In this document: positions 55,851-64,000 of the stretch, piece after piece
Layout of the letters: the number at the start of each line of letters is the position of its first letter
Numbering within the stretch: position 1 is the first letter of the stretch
NCBI GenBank assembly: GCA_038128265.1
Contig: JAYPJE010000003.1
Span: forward strand, 56,704 to 120,703
Origin: Gemmatimonadota bacterium
GTDB lineage: Bacteria > Latescibacterota > UBA2968 > UBA8231
Reading direction: 5' to 3'
Length of the DNA stretch: 64,000 nucleotides
Notes under the pieces: generated by a model
What the model was told of the DNA's origin: nothing
The model's input: only the letters and a program-made list of their open reading frames with translations
Database searches by the model: none
Position numbers and translations under genes: made by a program

Positions 55851-57736
55851 GCACCTTTGAAAAACGCTACGACGTGCTCGTCGTAGGCGGCGGTCATGCC
55901 GGCACCGAGGCCGCTCTGGCCGCAGCGCGCATGGGCGCAGAGACGCTGCTGTTGACGATGAATCTCGACACGGTTGGCCAGATGTCGTGCAACCCGGCCA
56001 TCGGCGGCATCGGCAAGGGACACATGGTTAAGGAGATCGACGCACTCGGCGGGCAAATGGCGGTTAATATCGACCGCACGGGCATCCAGTTTCGCCGCCT
56101 GAATACCAGCCGTGGACCCGCCGTGCGCGCCTCGCGCGCCCAAGCCGACAAAAAGGACGACCAGTTCGAGCTGAAGTTTGCCTGCGAACAGCATGCACAC
56201 CTCGACCTGCGCCAGGGCCTGATGGAGTCGCTGCACATCTCTGACGGACGCGTGCAGGGAGTCGGTGTCAAAGGCGGCATAACGTATTTAGCGCACAGCG
56301 TCATTCTCACCACCGGCACCTTTCTCCGCGGCAAGATCCACGTAGGCGACTTTTCCTACAGCGCCGGGCGGGCGGGTGAGACGTCGGCAGAGAGAGCCTC
56401 GGAGGGACTGGCTGCTCTCGGCTTTGATATCGGGCGCCTAAAGACGGGCACGCCGCCGCGCATCAATGGACGCACGCTGGATTTTGACAGCATGGACATA
56501 CAGCCTGGAGACGACCCGCCGCGTCCATTCTCCTATGCCGTTGAGCGCATTCAGCAAGAGCAAATGCCCTGCTGGGTGACCTATACGAATGCCGGCACCC
56601 ATCAGCTCATCGAAGAAAATCTAAATCGCTCGGCCATGTACAGCGGTCGCATCGAAGGCATCGGTCCGCGCTACTGCCCCTCAATCGAAGACAAGGTCGT
56701 GCGCTTTGCCGATAAGGAGCGCCACCAGATTTTTGTCGAACCGGAGGGCCGCCGCACGCTCGAGTACTATATCAACGGCCTGTCGATGAGCCTACCCGAG
56801 GAACTGCAGACCGGCATCGTGCGCTCGCTTCCCGGGCTAGAACGAGCCGAGATCATGCGCCCGGCCTATGCGGTCGAATACGACTATGCGCCGCCCACTC
56901 AGCTCTATCCCCACCTCGAGACCAAGCGCGTAGAGAATCTGTTTTTTGCGGGTCAAATAAACGGGACGACGGGCTACGAGGAAGCCGGAGCGCAGGGCCT
57001 AATCGCCGGCATTAACGCCGTGCTCAAGGTGCGCGGCGAAGATCCCTTTGTACTGGGGCGCGCCGACGCCTACATCGGCGTGCTCATTGACGACCTCGTC
57101 ACCAAGGGCACGCAGGAGCCCTACCGCATCTTCACTTCGCGCGCCGAACACCGCCTGCTGCTGCGCGAGGACAACGCCGACTATCGCCTGATGGAATTCG
57201 GGCGCGCCTTTGGCCTGGTAGAGGACGCCATATGGCAAAAATATCAGGACAAGCGCCGCGCAGTCGATGCCGAATTAGAGCGCCTGGCCAATACGCGTCT
57301 GCGGCCGTCCGATAGGGTGGGTGAGGTCTTTGCCGAAGCGGGCACCGCGCCGCTTAGAGAAGCCGCAGCGCTGGTCGACATCCTGCGCCGCCCCGAGCTA
57401 AACTATCACCATATCGAATTGCTCTGCCCGCCCGATGTGCGCCTTTCGCACGACGCAGCCGAGCACGTGGAAGCCGAAGTCAAGTACGACGGCTATATCA
57501 AGCGCCAGCATACCCAGGTTGACAAGCTCAAGCGCCTCGAGTCCATGCGCATTCCCGCGGACTTTGACTTCGCCGATCCCGCATTGAACCTGTCTACTGA
57601 GGGGCGGCAAAAACTAGCCCACATTCGTCCGCAGACCCTTGGCCAAGCGGCGCGCGTATCCGGCGTTTCGCCGGCCGACGTCTCGTCGCTCATGGTGCTA
57701 CTGCACGCGCACGCCGCGCGCACGGCGACCGGCTGA
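55847..57736 (+). CDS. mnmG: tRNA uridine-5-carboxymethylaminomethyl(34) synthesis enzyme MnmG (GidA)
   Basis: 629 aa. FAD motif VVGGGHAGTEAA, full-length match. The GTG start overlaps the preceding stop (GTGA). Confidence 0.96.
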   Translation: MSTFEKRYDVLVVGGGHAGTEAALAAARMGAETLLLTMNLDTVGQMSCNPAIGGIGKGHMVKEIDALGGQMAVNIDRTGIQFRRLNTSRGPAVRASRAQADKKDDQFELKFACEQHAHLDLRQGLMESLHISDGRVQGVGVKGGITYLAHSVILTTGTFLRGKIHVGDFSYSAGRAGETSAERASEGLAALGFDIGRLKTGTPPRINGRTLDFDSMDIQPGDDPPRPFSYAVERIQQEQMPCWVTYTNAGTHQLIEENLNRSAMYSGRIEGIGPRYCPSIEDKVVRFADKERHQIFVEPEGRRTLEYYINGLSMSLPEELQTGIVRSLPGLERAEIMRPAYAVEYDYAPPTQLYPHLETKRVENLFFAGQINGTTGYEEAGAQGLIAGINAVLKVRGEDPFVLGRADAYIGVLIDDLVTKGTQEPYRIFTSRAEHRLLLREDNADYRLMEFGRAFGLVEDAIWQKYQDKRRAVDAELERLANTRLRPSDRVGEVFAEAGTAPLREAAALVDILRRPELNYHHIELLCPPDVRLSHDAAEHVEAEVKYDGYIKRQHTQVDKLKRLESMRIPADFDFADPALNLSTEGRQKLAHIRPQTLGQAARVSGVSPADVSSLMVLLHAHAARTATG

Positions 57737-57759
57737 ACTCCTCCTCACAGATTACACGG

Positions 57760-60078
57760 CTAAAAGTGTAGCCGAACGCTCGTGCCAATCTGGCGCGGAT
57801 CTCCGTAGCTCACATAGAGTTTGTCACTATAAGCCGGCGGCTCCAAGCCAAAGTAAAAACCGCGCACGGCATAGCGCTCGTCCAGTGCGTTGCTGCACCA
57901 CAGCGTCACGGCCCATCCAGCGCGTTCGTAGCCCATGCTCGCATTGACGAGCTGGTAGGCGTCAGCGCGCTCGTCGTGGCTATCCGAAAAGTAAAATCCG
58001 TCGACAAACGACCACGCGGCGCGTGCAAAGGCACCCACAGGATGCTCGTATTCGCCCCCGACGCGCGCATTCCACTGCGGGGCGTGTGCGGCGGCGCGCC
58101 CACCCAACTGCTGGCGCTGACCGCCTGCAACATCGAACGCATAGGGATCCACGCGCGTGTTCAGGTAGGACAGCGAAGCAAATGCGTTTAAATTGGGCAG
58201 CAGTCGGTACTGACCCTCTGCTTCAATGCCGCTGTTGCGTCCCGAAGCGGCGTTCGCCGTGAAGTAGAAAAAGCTGTTGGGATCGCCCGGCGTCTGCTGG
58301 CTTGATAGGCTGACCTGCTGCCCATCGCGCAGGGCATGGAAGGCAATAAGCTCAATGCGGTAGCGGCTGGTCGAGAGGCGATAGCCCGCTTCTACGTTGA
58401 GCATGTATTCGGGAGCATAGGGTCGGTTCTCCGCGGCCAAATACGGGTGCTGATTAATCCCCCCCGCGCGATAGCCACGCGCAGCGGCCACGTAGGCGTT
58501 TTCTCCCCTACGCCCCTGCCAGCTGAGCGCAACTTTGCCGCCGGGCAGCCACTGTCCCACGTCGTAGCGCACATCCTCTCCCCCGCTGTTGGTCTGGCCG
58601 CTGTAATCTATTGTGCTGCGTTCGAAACGCGCGTTAAGCGTAAGCTCCCAAACCGCACTGAGCGGACGTTTCCACTGACCATAGAGTGCGAAGTTGCCCA
58701 TGTTATAGCGCGCCTGCAGATCGCTCGCCGCGCCGCCGAATAGGTAACCCGTAGCGTCGTCCTCTTCGCGCAGCGCGCGCGCATACAGGCCGACCAATGC
58801 ACGCTCCCCTCTGAGCCGCACTTCTTGGCTCAGGCTCGTGCGCTGGCGCAGGGTGCGGTCAAAAAAGTCGTAATGCCAGCCCTCTACTTGCGGATCAAAA
58901 CCGTACGGATCGCCCGCCCAATAGGCGTCGTGTCCCCAATCCCCATCGTAGCTGTAGTCCAAGTCGGTCTGCGCATAGGTGCTGATCGATAGCAGGTCAA
59001 CGCCTGTGCGCAGCGCTTTCTCAGCGCGCAGCGCTAGCGCGCTGGTCACCTGATGGTCGTCGCCCGGTCGGTCGGAATAGGTCGTCAACCGGCGGTTGTT
59101 GTCTGGCGACCACATATCGTAGCCGTTGTCCCCGTCGGCGCGAAACAGCGTCGCTTTGAGCAACAACCCGCTTGACGCAGCATAGCGCGCCTTGAGGCGC
59201 AGCAACCCCTCGCGGCGGCGGTTGCTATCGTCGACGCCCAGATAGGCATTGTCGCGAAACCCGTTTGACGCCGCCCGTTGGTAGCCAGCGCGCAGCGCAA
59301 AACGATCGGTGATGGGCGCATTGATCACGCCTTCCGCGCGCAGGAGTCCATCGCCTCCCACGGAAAAACTCACCGCGCGCCTCGCTTCTGAAGAAGGCTC
59401 AGCTGATTCGATGTTAATCAATCCCGCCAGGGCGTTGGCGCCAAACACGCTCGACTGCGGCCCTTTAAATACCTCTACCTGCTGTAGATCAAAGAGCGCC
59501 CCGGTGCCCAGTCCGCTCATGTCGATACCGTCGACGACAAAGCCGACGGAGAAGTTGGGGGCGCCCTCTCCCGCATACTGGCTGCGCTCGCCGATGCCGC
59601 GCACCTGGAAGTAGCGCGGCCGTGCCGTTCCACCAGCCCAGTGTACATTGGGCACGGCCTGCACGGCGTCTTGCAGATGTTGCCCTCCATCCCTCCGTAC
59701 CTGCTCGCCGCGCACCACGCTGATACCAGCCGCTACCTCGCTCTGCGATTCGGCGCGCAATCCGCCGATGACTATAACCTCTTGGGCTTGTAGCACGGCG
59801 GCCACCAACCCAATGCGCAGCGACTCGTCGTCCCGGCGCAACACCCGAATAGCCCCCTCGTAGCCATAGCGTGTAAAGCGCAGCGTATCGCCGACCGCGG
59901 CCTGGACGACAAAGCCGCCGGCAGCATCGCTGCTGGACATCCACTGGCCCGCACTTATCTGCACCTCTTCCAGCGGTATCCCCGTCTCGGCATCGACCAC
60001 CCGACCGCGCACCTCTTCCGCCTCGCAAAGACCGACGGAAGCGACCCACAGAACAAAAAAAATACTGCGCAACCCCAT
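57760..60078 (-). CDS. TonB-dependent receptor with N-terminal carboxypeptidase-regulatory-like domain
   Basis: Start set to the ATG at 60078, with GGGAGGAG at 60084-60091. Signal peptide, a CarbopepD_reg-like segment VRGRVVDAETGIPLEEVQI, a plug domain, a beta-barrel and C-terminal ...VRLHF. Confidence 0.9.
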   Translation of the reverse strand: MGLRSIFFVLWVASVGLCEAEEVRGRVVDAETGIPLEEVQISAGQWMSSSDAAGGFVVQAAVGDTLRFTRYGYEGAIRVLRRDDESLRIGLVAAVLQAQEVIVIGGLRAESQSEVAAGISVVRGEQVRRDGGQHLQDAVQAVPNVHWAGGTARPRYFQVRGIGERSQYAGEGAPNFSVGFVVDGIDMSGLGTGALFDLQQVEVFKGPQSSVFGANALAGLINIESAEPSSEARRAVSFSVGGDGLLRAEGVINAPITDRFALRAGYQRAASNGFRDNAYLGVDDSNRRREGLLRLKARYAASSGLLLKATLFRADGDNGYDMWSPDNNRRLTTYSDRPGDDHQVTSALALRAEKALRTGVDLLSISTYAQTDLDYSYDGDWGHDAYWAGDPYGFDPQVEGWHYDFFDRTLRQRTSLSQEVRLRGERALVGLYARALREEDDATGYLFGGAASDLQARYNMGNFALYGQWKRPLSAVWELTLNARFERSTIDYSGQTNSGGEDVRYDVGQWLPGGKVALSWQGRRGENAYVAAARGYRAGGINQHPYLAAENRPYAPEYMLNVEAGYRLSTSRYRIELIAFHALRDGQQVSLSSQQTPGDPNSFFYFTANAASGRNSGIEAEGQYRLLPNLNAFASLSYLNTRVDPYAFDVAGGQRQQLGGRAAAHAPQWNARVGGEYEHPVGAFARAAWSFVDGFYFSDSHDERADAYQLVNASMGYERAGWAVTLWCSNALDERYAVRGFYFGLEPPAYSDKLYVSYGDPRQIGTSVRLHF

Positions 60079-60102
60079 ATATACTCCTCCCACTCTGCAC
60101 AT

Positions 60103-60138
60103 AAAAAAACCGCCGCCCAGCACGAGGTGGGAAGCGGT
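60103..60138 (-). terminator. Riboswitch expression-platform terminator
   Basis: The minus strand reads CCGC-UU-CCCA-CCUCGUGC-UGGG-CG-GCGG followed by U7. It lies between the TPP aptamer and the receptor RBS. Confidence 0.65.
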
Positions 60139-60159
60139 AGCAGCATGCAGCCAGCGCGC

Positions 60160-60238
60160 TCCGTTTCCCTACGCTGGCACGATCCAGTTCAGGTTCTAAG
60201 GGTTTTATCTCAGGCTCGCACGAGCCACCCCCAACGGA
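60160..60238 (-). promoter_or_regulatory. TPP (THI-box) riboswitch aptamer
   Basis: The minus strand reads UCCGUU-GGGGUGGCUCGUGCGAGCCUGAGAUAAAACCCUUAGAACCUGAACUGGAUCGUGCCAGCGUAGGGAA-ACGGA. It matches the conserved GGGGUGC...GCUGAGA...ACCC...ACCUGA.CUGGAU.AUGCCAGCGUAGGGAA core, with a 6-bp P1 stem. Confidence 0.92.
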
Positions 60239-60250
60239 TACTGTTCGGAA

Positions 60251-60279
60251 AATATACGCATGCGCGGGTTGGGAGACAA
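60251..60279 (-). promoter_or_regulatory. Candidate promoter of the riboswitch transcript (TTGTCT-N17-TATATT)
   Basis: On the minus strand the hexamers are at 60279-60274 and 60256-60251, about 12 nt upstream of the aptamer P1. Confidence 0.4.
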
Positions 60280-60518
60280 TGCGCTATATTAGCCCCGTCG
60301 TCATCCCACGTACTCCATAACGCAGAGCCCAAGGGAGGTCTCCATGCCGCAACAGGCCCCGTCGCGTGCAGTTGAGGCACAGATACTGCGCAAGAAATAC
60401 CACTATCGCCGCCTCGTCTTGCGGGGGCAGACGAGGCTGCCTCGCGAGAGTGCAGTTCGCCTAGTTGGGCCCGACTGCGCCTACCACCTCTATCGCATGC
60501 ACTCGGGAGGAGAGTAGG

Positions 60519-61649
60519 TCAATTTTTCCAGGTTTTCCCGTCGCTGCCAATCCCATAGCGGCTAATCTTGCCGTCTTCCTCCACGTCGACCACTTCTTCT
60601 AAATAGGCTTCGAAATAGCGCTCGGTAGCGCTCATAACCGGCGGCCAGAGAAAGTGGTGCAGCACGGGATTTTCCATTCCAAGCGAATCTACGTCGCTGG
60701 CATATTGGCCGCGTTCAGCGCGGAAGCGACGCTGCCTGTAGTAGATGCTGCGCAGCACGTCTAGTGCCTGTTCGCTGGCCGGCCGCACAAAGGGCTCAGA
60801 TGCAGCCCCCACAGGCTCGCCCGAGAACAGCACATATCCCCACTTTTCGGGGAAGTGCATATTGATCAGCCCCTGCGGTGACCAGACCCAATTGTCCTCG
60901 CTGCGCCCCTGCACTTTAACGTATTCACCGTCGATCACTTCGAGTTCCCACTGCACGCGCGAAAAGTTGACGCGCCATACCTGGCCTTCTACTCCCCCGC
61001 GGCGACGGCTGTTGGCCTGCTGTAAAACGCGCCAGGGAAATGCCATCTCCACCGACCATCCCTGATCTTCATCGGTTGGATCGTTGATCGTGCCCCAGAC
61101 CTGCACAGCCGTTTGCAATCCTTCTATATGCCAGGCGTTTATATAGGGTCCACCGTCGCGGTAGGGCTTGGCCAAGAGCAAGTCCCACTCCGTGCCGTGG
61201 GCGTTGATCTCGAATTCGTAGTATAGGTGTGTATCGGCATCTGGATCGATGAATACTTCGAAGTCATTGTCGCGGTAGATAACGGCATCGCGCTCAACCA
61301 GCGTTGCCCACACGTGGGGCTCTTCCAGGTCGGCGGCAATATAGAAGTACTCATCGTCCCACAGCATCTTCGCCCGCGTTGCTAAGTGCGGCCGCTCTTT
61401 TCTCTCCCCTTCGATATCGACAAATGCCGGGGTCCAAGGTGCGCGCTGCCAGGACGGCTCGTCCAGTTTGCCGTCGATAAGCAGCGGCCCGAGTGCGCGC
61501 TGTGCGACGTAGTGCAGTGGGCGAATTTTTTCGACATACTCAATGTCAAACGCGGGCTGCGCGCAGAGCGTGGAAGCCTGTAAAATAGCTATGGCAAGCA
61601 AGAGAACCATGAAAAGCACCTCGTATAAGTGGTCGGAACGGCGATGCAA
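60519..61649 (-). CDS. Secreted CBM9-like / DOMON-like carbohydrate-binding family protein
   Basis: 376 aa. Signal peptide, then LDEPSWQRAPWTPAFVDIEG...AKMLWDDEYFYIAADLEEPHVWA...DNDFEVFIDPD...YYEFEIN, typical of family 9 CBM-like domains. Confidence 0.65.
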   Translation of the reverse strand: MHRRSDHLYEVLFMVLLLAIAILQASTLCAQPAFDIEYVEKIRPLHYVAQRALGPLLIDGKLDEPSWQRAPWTPAFVDIEGERKERPHLATRAKMLWDDEYFYIAADLEEPHVWATLVERDAVIYRDNDFEVFIDPDADTHLYYEFEINAHGTEWDLLLAKPYRDGGPYINAWHIEGLQTAVQVWGTINDPTDEDQGWSVEMAFPWRVLQQANSRRRGGVEGQVWRVNFSRVQWELEVIDGEYVKVQGRSEDNWVWSPQGLINMHFPEKWGYVLFSGEPVGAASEPFVRPASEQALDVLRSIYYRQRRFRAERGQYASDVDSLGMENPVLHHFLWPPVMSATERYFEAYLEEVVDVEEDGKISRYGIGSDGKTWKN

Positions 61650-61789
61650 ACGCCTCTGCTAAGATAAACAGTCCCCCGCCCATCACCTATACCAATGCCC
61701 TGCTAACAGGGAGTAGAAAAATCGGTTGACGGTTCGGGAGAGGTCCGTTTCTTTAAGTGTATACTTGGACCCGGGGAGAAATATACGGC

Positions 61790-62122
61790 ATGGACAGCTC
61801 GAACGACTTAGTGAAATTGGAACTGTATAAGAGCGGCATGATGAAGTTTGCCGAGGGCGACTTCGAAGGCGCACTAGAAGTCTTCGCCCGTGCAATTGAG
61901 CTCGACCCCCGCTATGCCGATGTGTACCAGTCGATGGCACACTGCCACGAGAAGCTAGGGGATTTGGACGCCGCCCTCCGCTGCGCTCAGCAAGCCGTCG
62001 AATACAACCCCGACGACTTCCTCGCCCATACCAGCCTGTCCATATTCTATCAGCGCAAAGGCATGATTGCCGAAGCCGAGCAGGAAAAAGCCCTAGCCGC
62101 CCAGCTGCAGAGCAAGCAATAA
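61790..62122 (+). CDS. Small TPR-repeat protein
   Basis: Start set to the ATG at 61790. Three TPR-like units (FEGALEVFARAIELDPRYADVY..., LGDLDAALRCAQQAVEYNPDDF...). Confidence 0.65.
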   Translation: MDSSNDLVKLELYKSGMMKFAEGDFEGALEVFARAIELDPRYADVYQSMAHCHEKLGDLDAALRCAQQAVEYNPDDFLAHTSLSIFYQRKGMIAEAEQEKALAAQLQSKQ

Positions 62123-62134
62123 TCTACGCGCCCT

Positions 62135-63181
62135 ATGCACATCGGCCCGCATGCCCTAACACCGCTGCGCGATGACCTACCCATTATGACACTGGCCCCC
62201 ATGGCGGGGGTCGGCAACTGGGTCTATCGGCTTATCTGTGCACGCCTAGGTGCACGCGTCGTTGGCGTCGAGTTTATCAACTGTCGCACCATTGACATTG
62301 CATCGACCAAGAGCGACCTGCTACTCGACTTTTCCGATGCACGCGTCTACGAGGAGACGGGTATCTCTCTTTTAGCCGCGCAGATTTATGGAAACGATAT
62401 CGACCTCATCGCCGCCGGCGCGCGCGAATTTCAGCGCCGCGGCGCACAGATTGTCGATATCAACTTTGGCTGTTCCGTTCCGCAGATCGTGCGACGCGGC
62501 AGCGGTGCAGCCTACCTGCGCGACCTCGACAGGCTCTACCGGGCCGTGCGCACAACCGTAGAAGCGGTCGATATACCAGTCACAGTTAAAACGCGGATCG
62601 GATGGGACGAGGACGACATCAATATACTCGAGGTCGTGCGGCGCTGTGAGGACGCCGGCGCACAGGCCGTAGCTATTCACGCGCGCACGGTCGTACAGAA
62701 ATACAAGGGCGATGCCGATTGGGAGTGGATCGCCCGTGCCAAAGAGGCCGCCAGCGTGCCCATTCTCGGCAACGGCGACGTGTTTTCCGCCGCCGATGCA
62801 CTGCGTATGCAGCGCGAAACGCAGTGCGATGCGGTGATGATCGGACGCGCGGCTATGGCCAATCCCTGGATTTTTTCCGGGCGCGACGGCGCATCACTCG
62901 ACGAGCGCATTGACCTAGCTCGGCAACAGCTCGAGTATATGGCCCAGTATAAAGGCGAGCGCGTTGGCGTAATGGAAACGCGTAAACATCTGGCGCTCTA
63001 TTTCAAACACCTGCCGCGCTCGAGCACACTGCGCCAGCGCTTGTTGACTACGGAATCGCTGGCAGAGCTAGTCAACCTGCTGGGCGAATGGAAAGAAGGC
63101 ATGCCATCAGAGCATGCACAAAACAACCTCACGCTGTCCCCGCGCGAAGCGTCTGCTCTCGCATGGGGCGGCAATGGCTAA
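62135..63181 (+). CDS. tRNA-dihydrouridine synthase
   Basis: 348 aa. Motifs LAPMAGVGN, ...DINFGC... and ...VTVKTRIGWD.... Confidence 0.9.
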   Translation: MHIGPHALTPLRDDLPIMTLAPMAGVGNWVYRLICARLGARVVGVEFINCRTIDIASTKSDLLLDFSDARVYEETGISLLAAQIYGNDIDLIAAGAREFQRRGAQIVDINFGCSVPQIVRRGSGAAYLRDLDRLYRAVRTTVEAVDIPVTVKTRIGWDEDDINILEVVRRCEDAGAQAVAIHARTVVQKYKGDADWEWIARAKEAASVPILGNGDVFSAADALRMQRETQCDAVMIGRAAMANPWIFSGRDGASLDERIDLARQQLEYMAQYKGERVGVMETRKHLALYFKHLPRSSTLRQRLLTTESLAELVNLLGEWKEGMPSEHAQNNLTLSPREASALAWGGNG

Positions 63182-63192
63182 GGGTAGCGGTT

Positions 63193-63672
63193 ATGAAACT
63201 CTCGTGCGGAATCATTCTCTCATTGCTGACTCTCTTCGCAGGCTGCTCTGAAAAACCAGAGAAAGCATCTATTTCCGTTCAGCTCTTTGAGGCCCAGCTG
63301 GCGGCTGATGCCAAGGGCGACTACTACGCGGGATGGGATACCGTTTCGTTTGCGCTATCCGGAGCAGCCATCGCCTACGTCGTATCGCCCGAGCCCCTGC
63401 TCACCGAGTGGAATATGGCCGCATTCAAGGCCAGTCAGCCCCAGCAGGATGATACGCGTTTGGTCACGGCGCGTCTCAACGCCTATGCAGAACGCAAGAT
63501 GCGCTCGTTTTGCGAAGTGGAGGCCAATTTAAAGCGCCCCTTAGGGCTCAGAGTCGACGAGCGCTGGGTCTCTTTTCTACCGCTCCTCAGTCCGGTCAGC
63601 GACCGCATTACGCTGCGCGGCTTAACCAGCGCTGAGGTCGATCTGCTCCAGCGCTATATGGACGAGCGCTAG
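63193..63672 (+). CDS. Hypothetical lipoprotein
   Basis: Start set to the ATG at 63193 (MKLSCGIILSLLTLFAGC lipobox). No family recognised. Confidence 0.5.
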   Translation: MKLSCGIILSLLTLFAGCSEKPEKASISVQLFEAQLAADAKGDYYAGWDTVSFALSGAAIAYVVSPEPLLTEWNMAAFKASQPQQDDTRLVTARLNAYAERKMRSFCEVEANLKRPLGLRVDERWVSFLPLLSPVSDRITLRGLTSAEVDLLQRYMDER

Positions 63673-63708
63673 CGTATTCCCCATCAGACCGCTAATTGCT
63701 CGTAGCTG

Positions 63709-64000
63709 CTACACGTCCATAGGTAAATCCAGCGAACACTTTGTCAGCGCTTCGGGTCCATCCGGTCCGACGTAGATCATATTCTCCACGCGGGCGCCGC
63801 CCAGCCCGGGCACGTAGACGCCCGGTTCGCACGACAGCGCATCGCCGATTTGCAGCACATCGGCCGCCTCGCGCCCAATGCGCGGCGCGTCGCCGCCCAG
63901 CCCCAGACCGTGACTCAGATGGTGCACGTAGTGCTTTTCCCACCCCTGCTCGCCAAAGCATGCGACGACGCGGCGGTAGATATCGGCGCCGTCGGCCCCC
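63709..64000 (-). CDS. M24-family Xaa-Pro aminopeptidase/creatinase-like peptidase, C-terminal part (N-terminus outside window)
   Basis: The frame is open to the window edge. Motifs ...HYVHHLSHGLGL... and ...CEPGVYVPGLGGARVENMIYV... are the M24 metal-ligand regions. Confidence 0.8.
   Translation of the reverse strand, partial: GADGADIYRRVVACFGEQGWEKHYVHHLSHGLGLGGDAPRIGREAADVLQIGDALSCEPGVYVPGLGGARVENMIYVGPDGPEALTKCSLDLPMDV

Noticed and set aside
60079-60123. N-terminal 15 codons of the TonB receptor ORF as given in the track (MLGGGFFMCRVGGVY).
   Set aside because: These codons span the riboswitch terminator U-tract and the Shine-Dalgarno sequence. The ATG at 60078 is preceded by GGGAGGAG and gives a normal signal peptide.
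1-64000. Searched by eye for CRISPR arrays, IS elements or transposases, integrases, phage genes and toxin-antitoxin or defence-type gene pairs.
   Set aside because: No regularly spaced direct repeats were seen. No ORF has transposase, integrase or recombinase motifs. The tRNA-Thr is not followed by an integrase or a direct repeat of its 3' end. The window looks like core chromosome.

Overview
GC-rich (about 60% by eye), densely coding chromosomal segment from a diderm bacterium, judged from an LptE-like lipoprotein, a TonB-dependent receptor and lipoboxes. I call about 55 protein genes, one tRNA-Thr(UGU), one TPP riboswitch, several intrinsic terminators and a few candidate promoters or operators. 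I saw no transposase, integrase, CRISPR array or phage genes. Most of the window is housekeeping: uvrB, dnaK, pgi-gnd, aroA, gdhA, coaX, lipA, mnmG, rarA, dus and crcB. The stretch most worth follow-up is 46.6-57.7 kb. It holds a GntR-controlled, tightly packed operon with a complete corrinoid methyl-transfer system: an MtaA/UroD-family methyltransferase, a His-on corrinoid protein, a RACo/RamA-type reductive activator, a MetF fusion, a pterin-binding methyltransferase and a stand-alone homocysteine-binding module. The operon opens with an unrecognisable, internally duplicated protein carrying two CGHAH motifs and ends translationally coupled to mnmG. I read it as a demethylase merged with a fully split, AdoMet-domain-less methionine synthase that share one corrinoid carrier. 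This is inference from domain content. Secondary items are a TPP-riboswitch-controlled, monocistronic TonB receptor, a RarA fused to a methyltransferase-like domain, a YfiR/CHASE8 sensor pair wired to histidine kinases rather than a diguanylate cyclase, and an aroA gene coupled to an enolase-superfamily gene. All family calls rest on motif recognition by eye and no searches were run.
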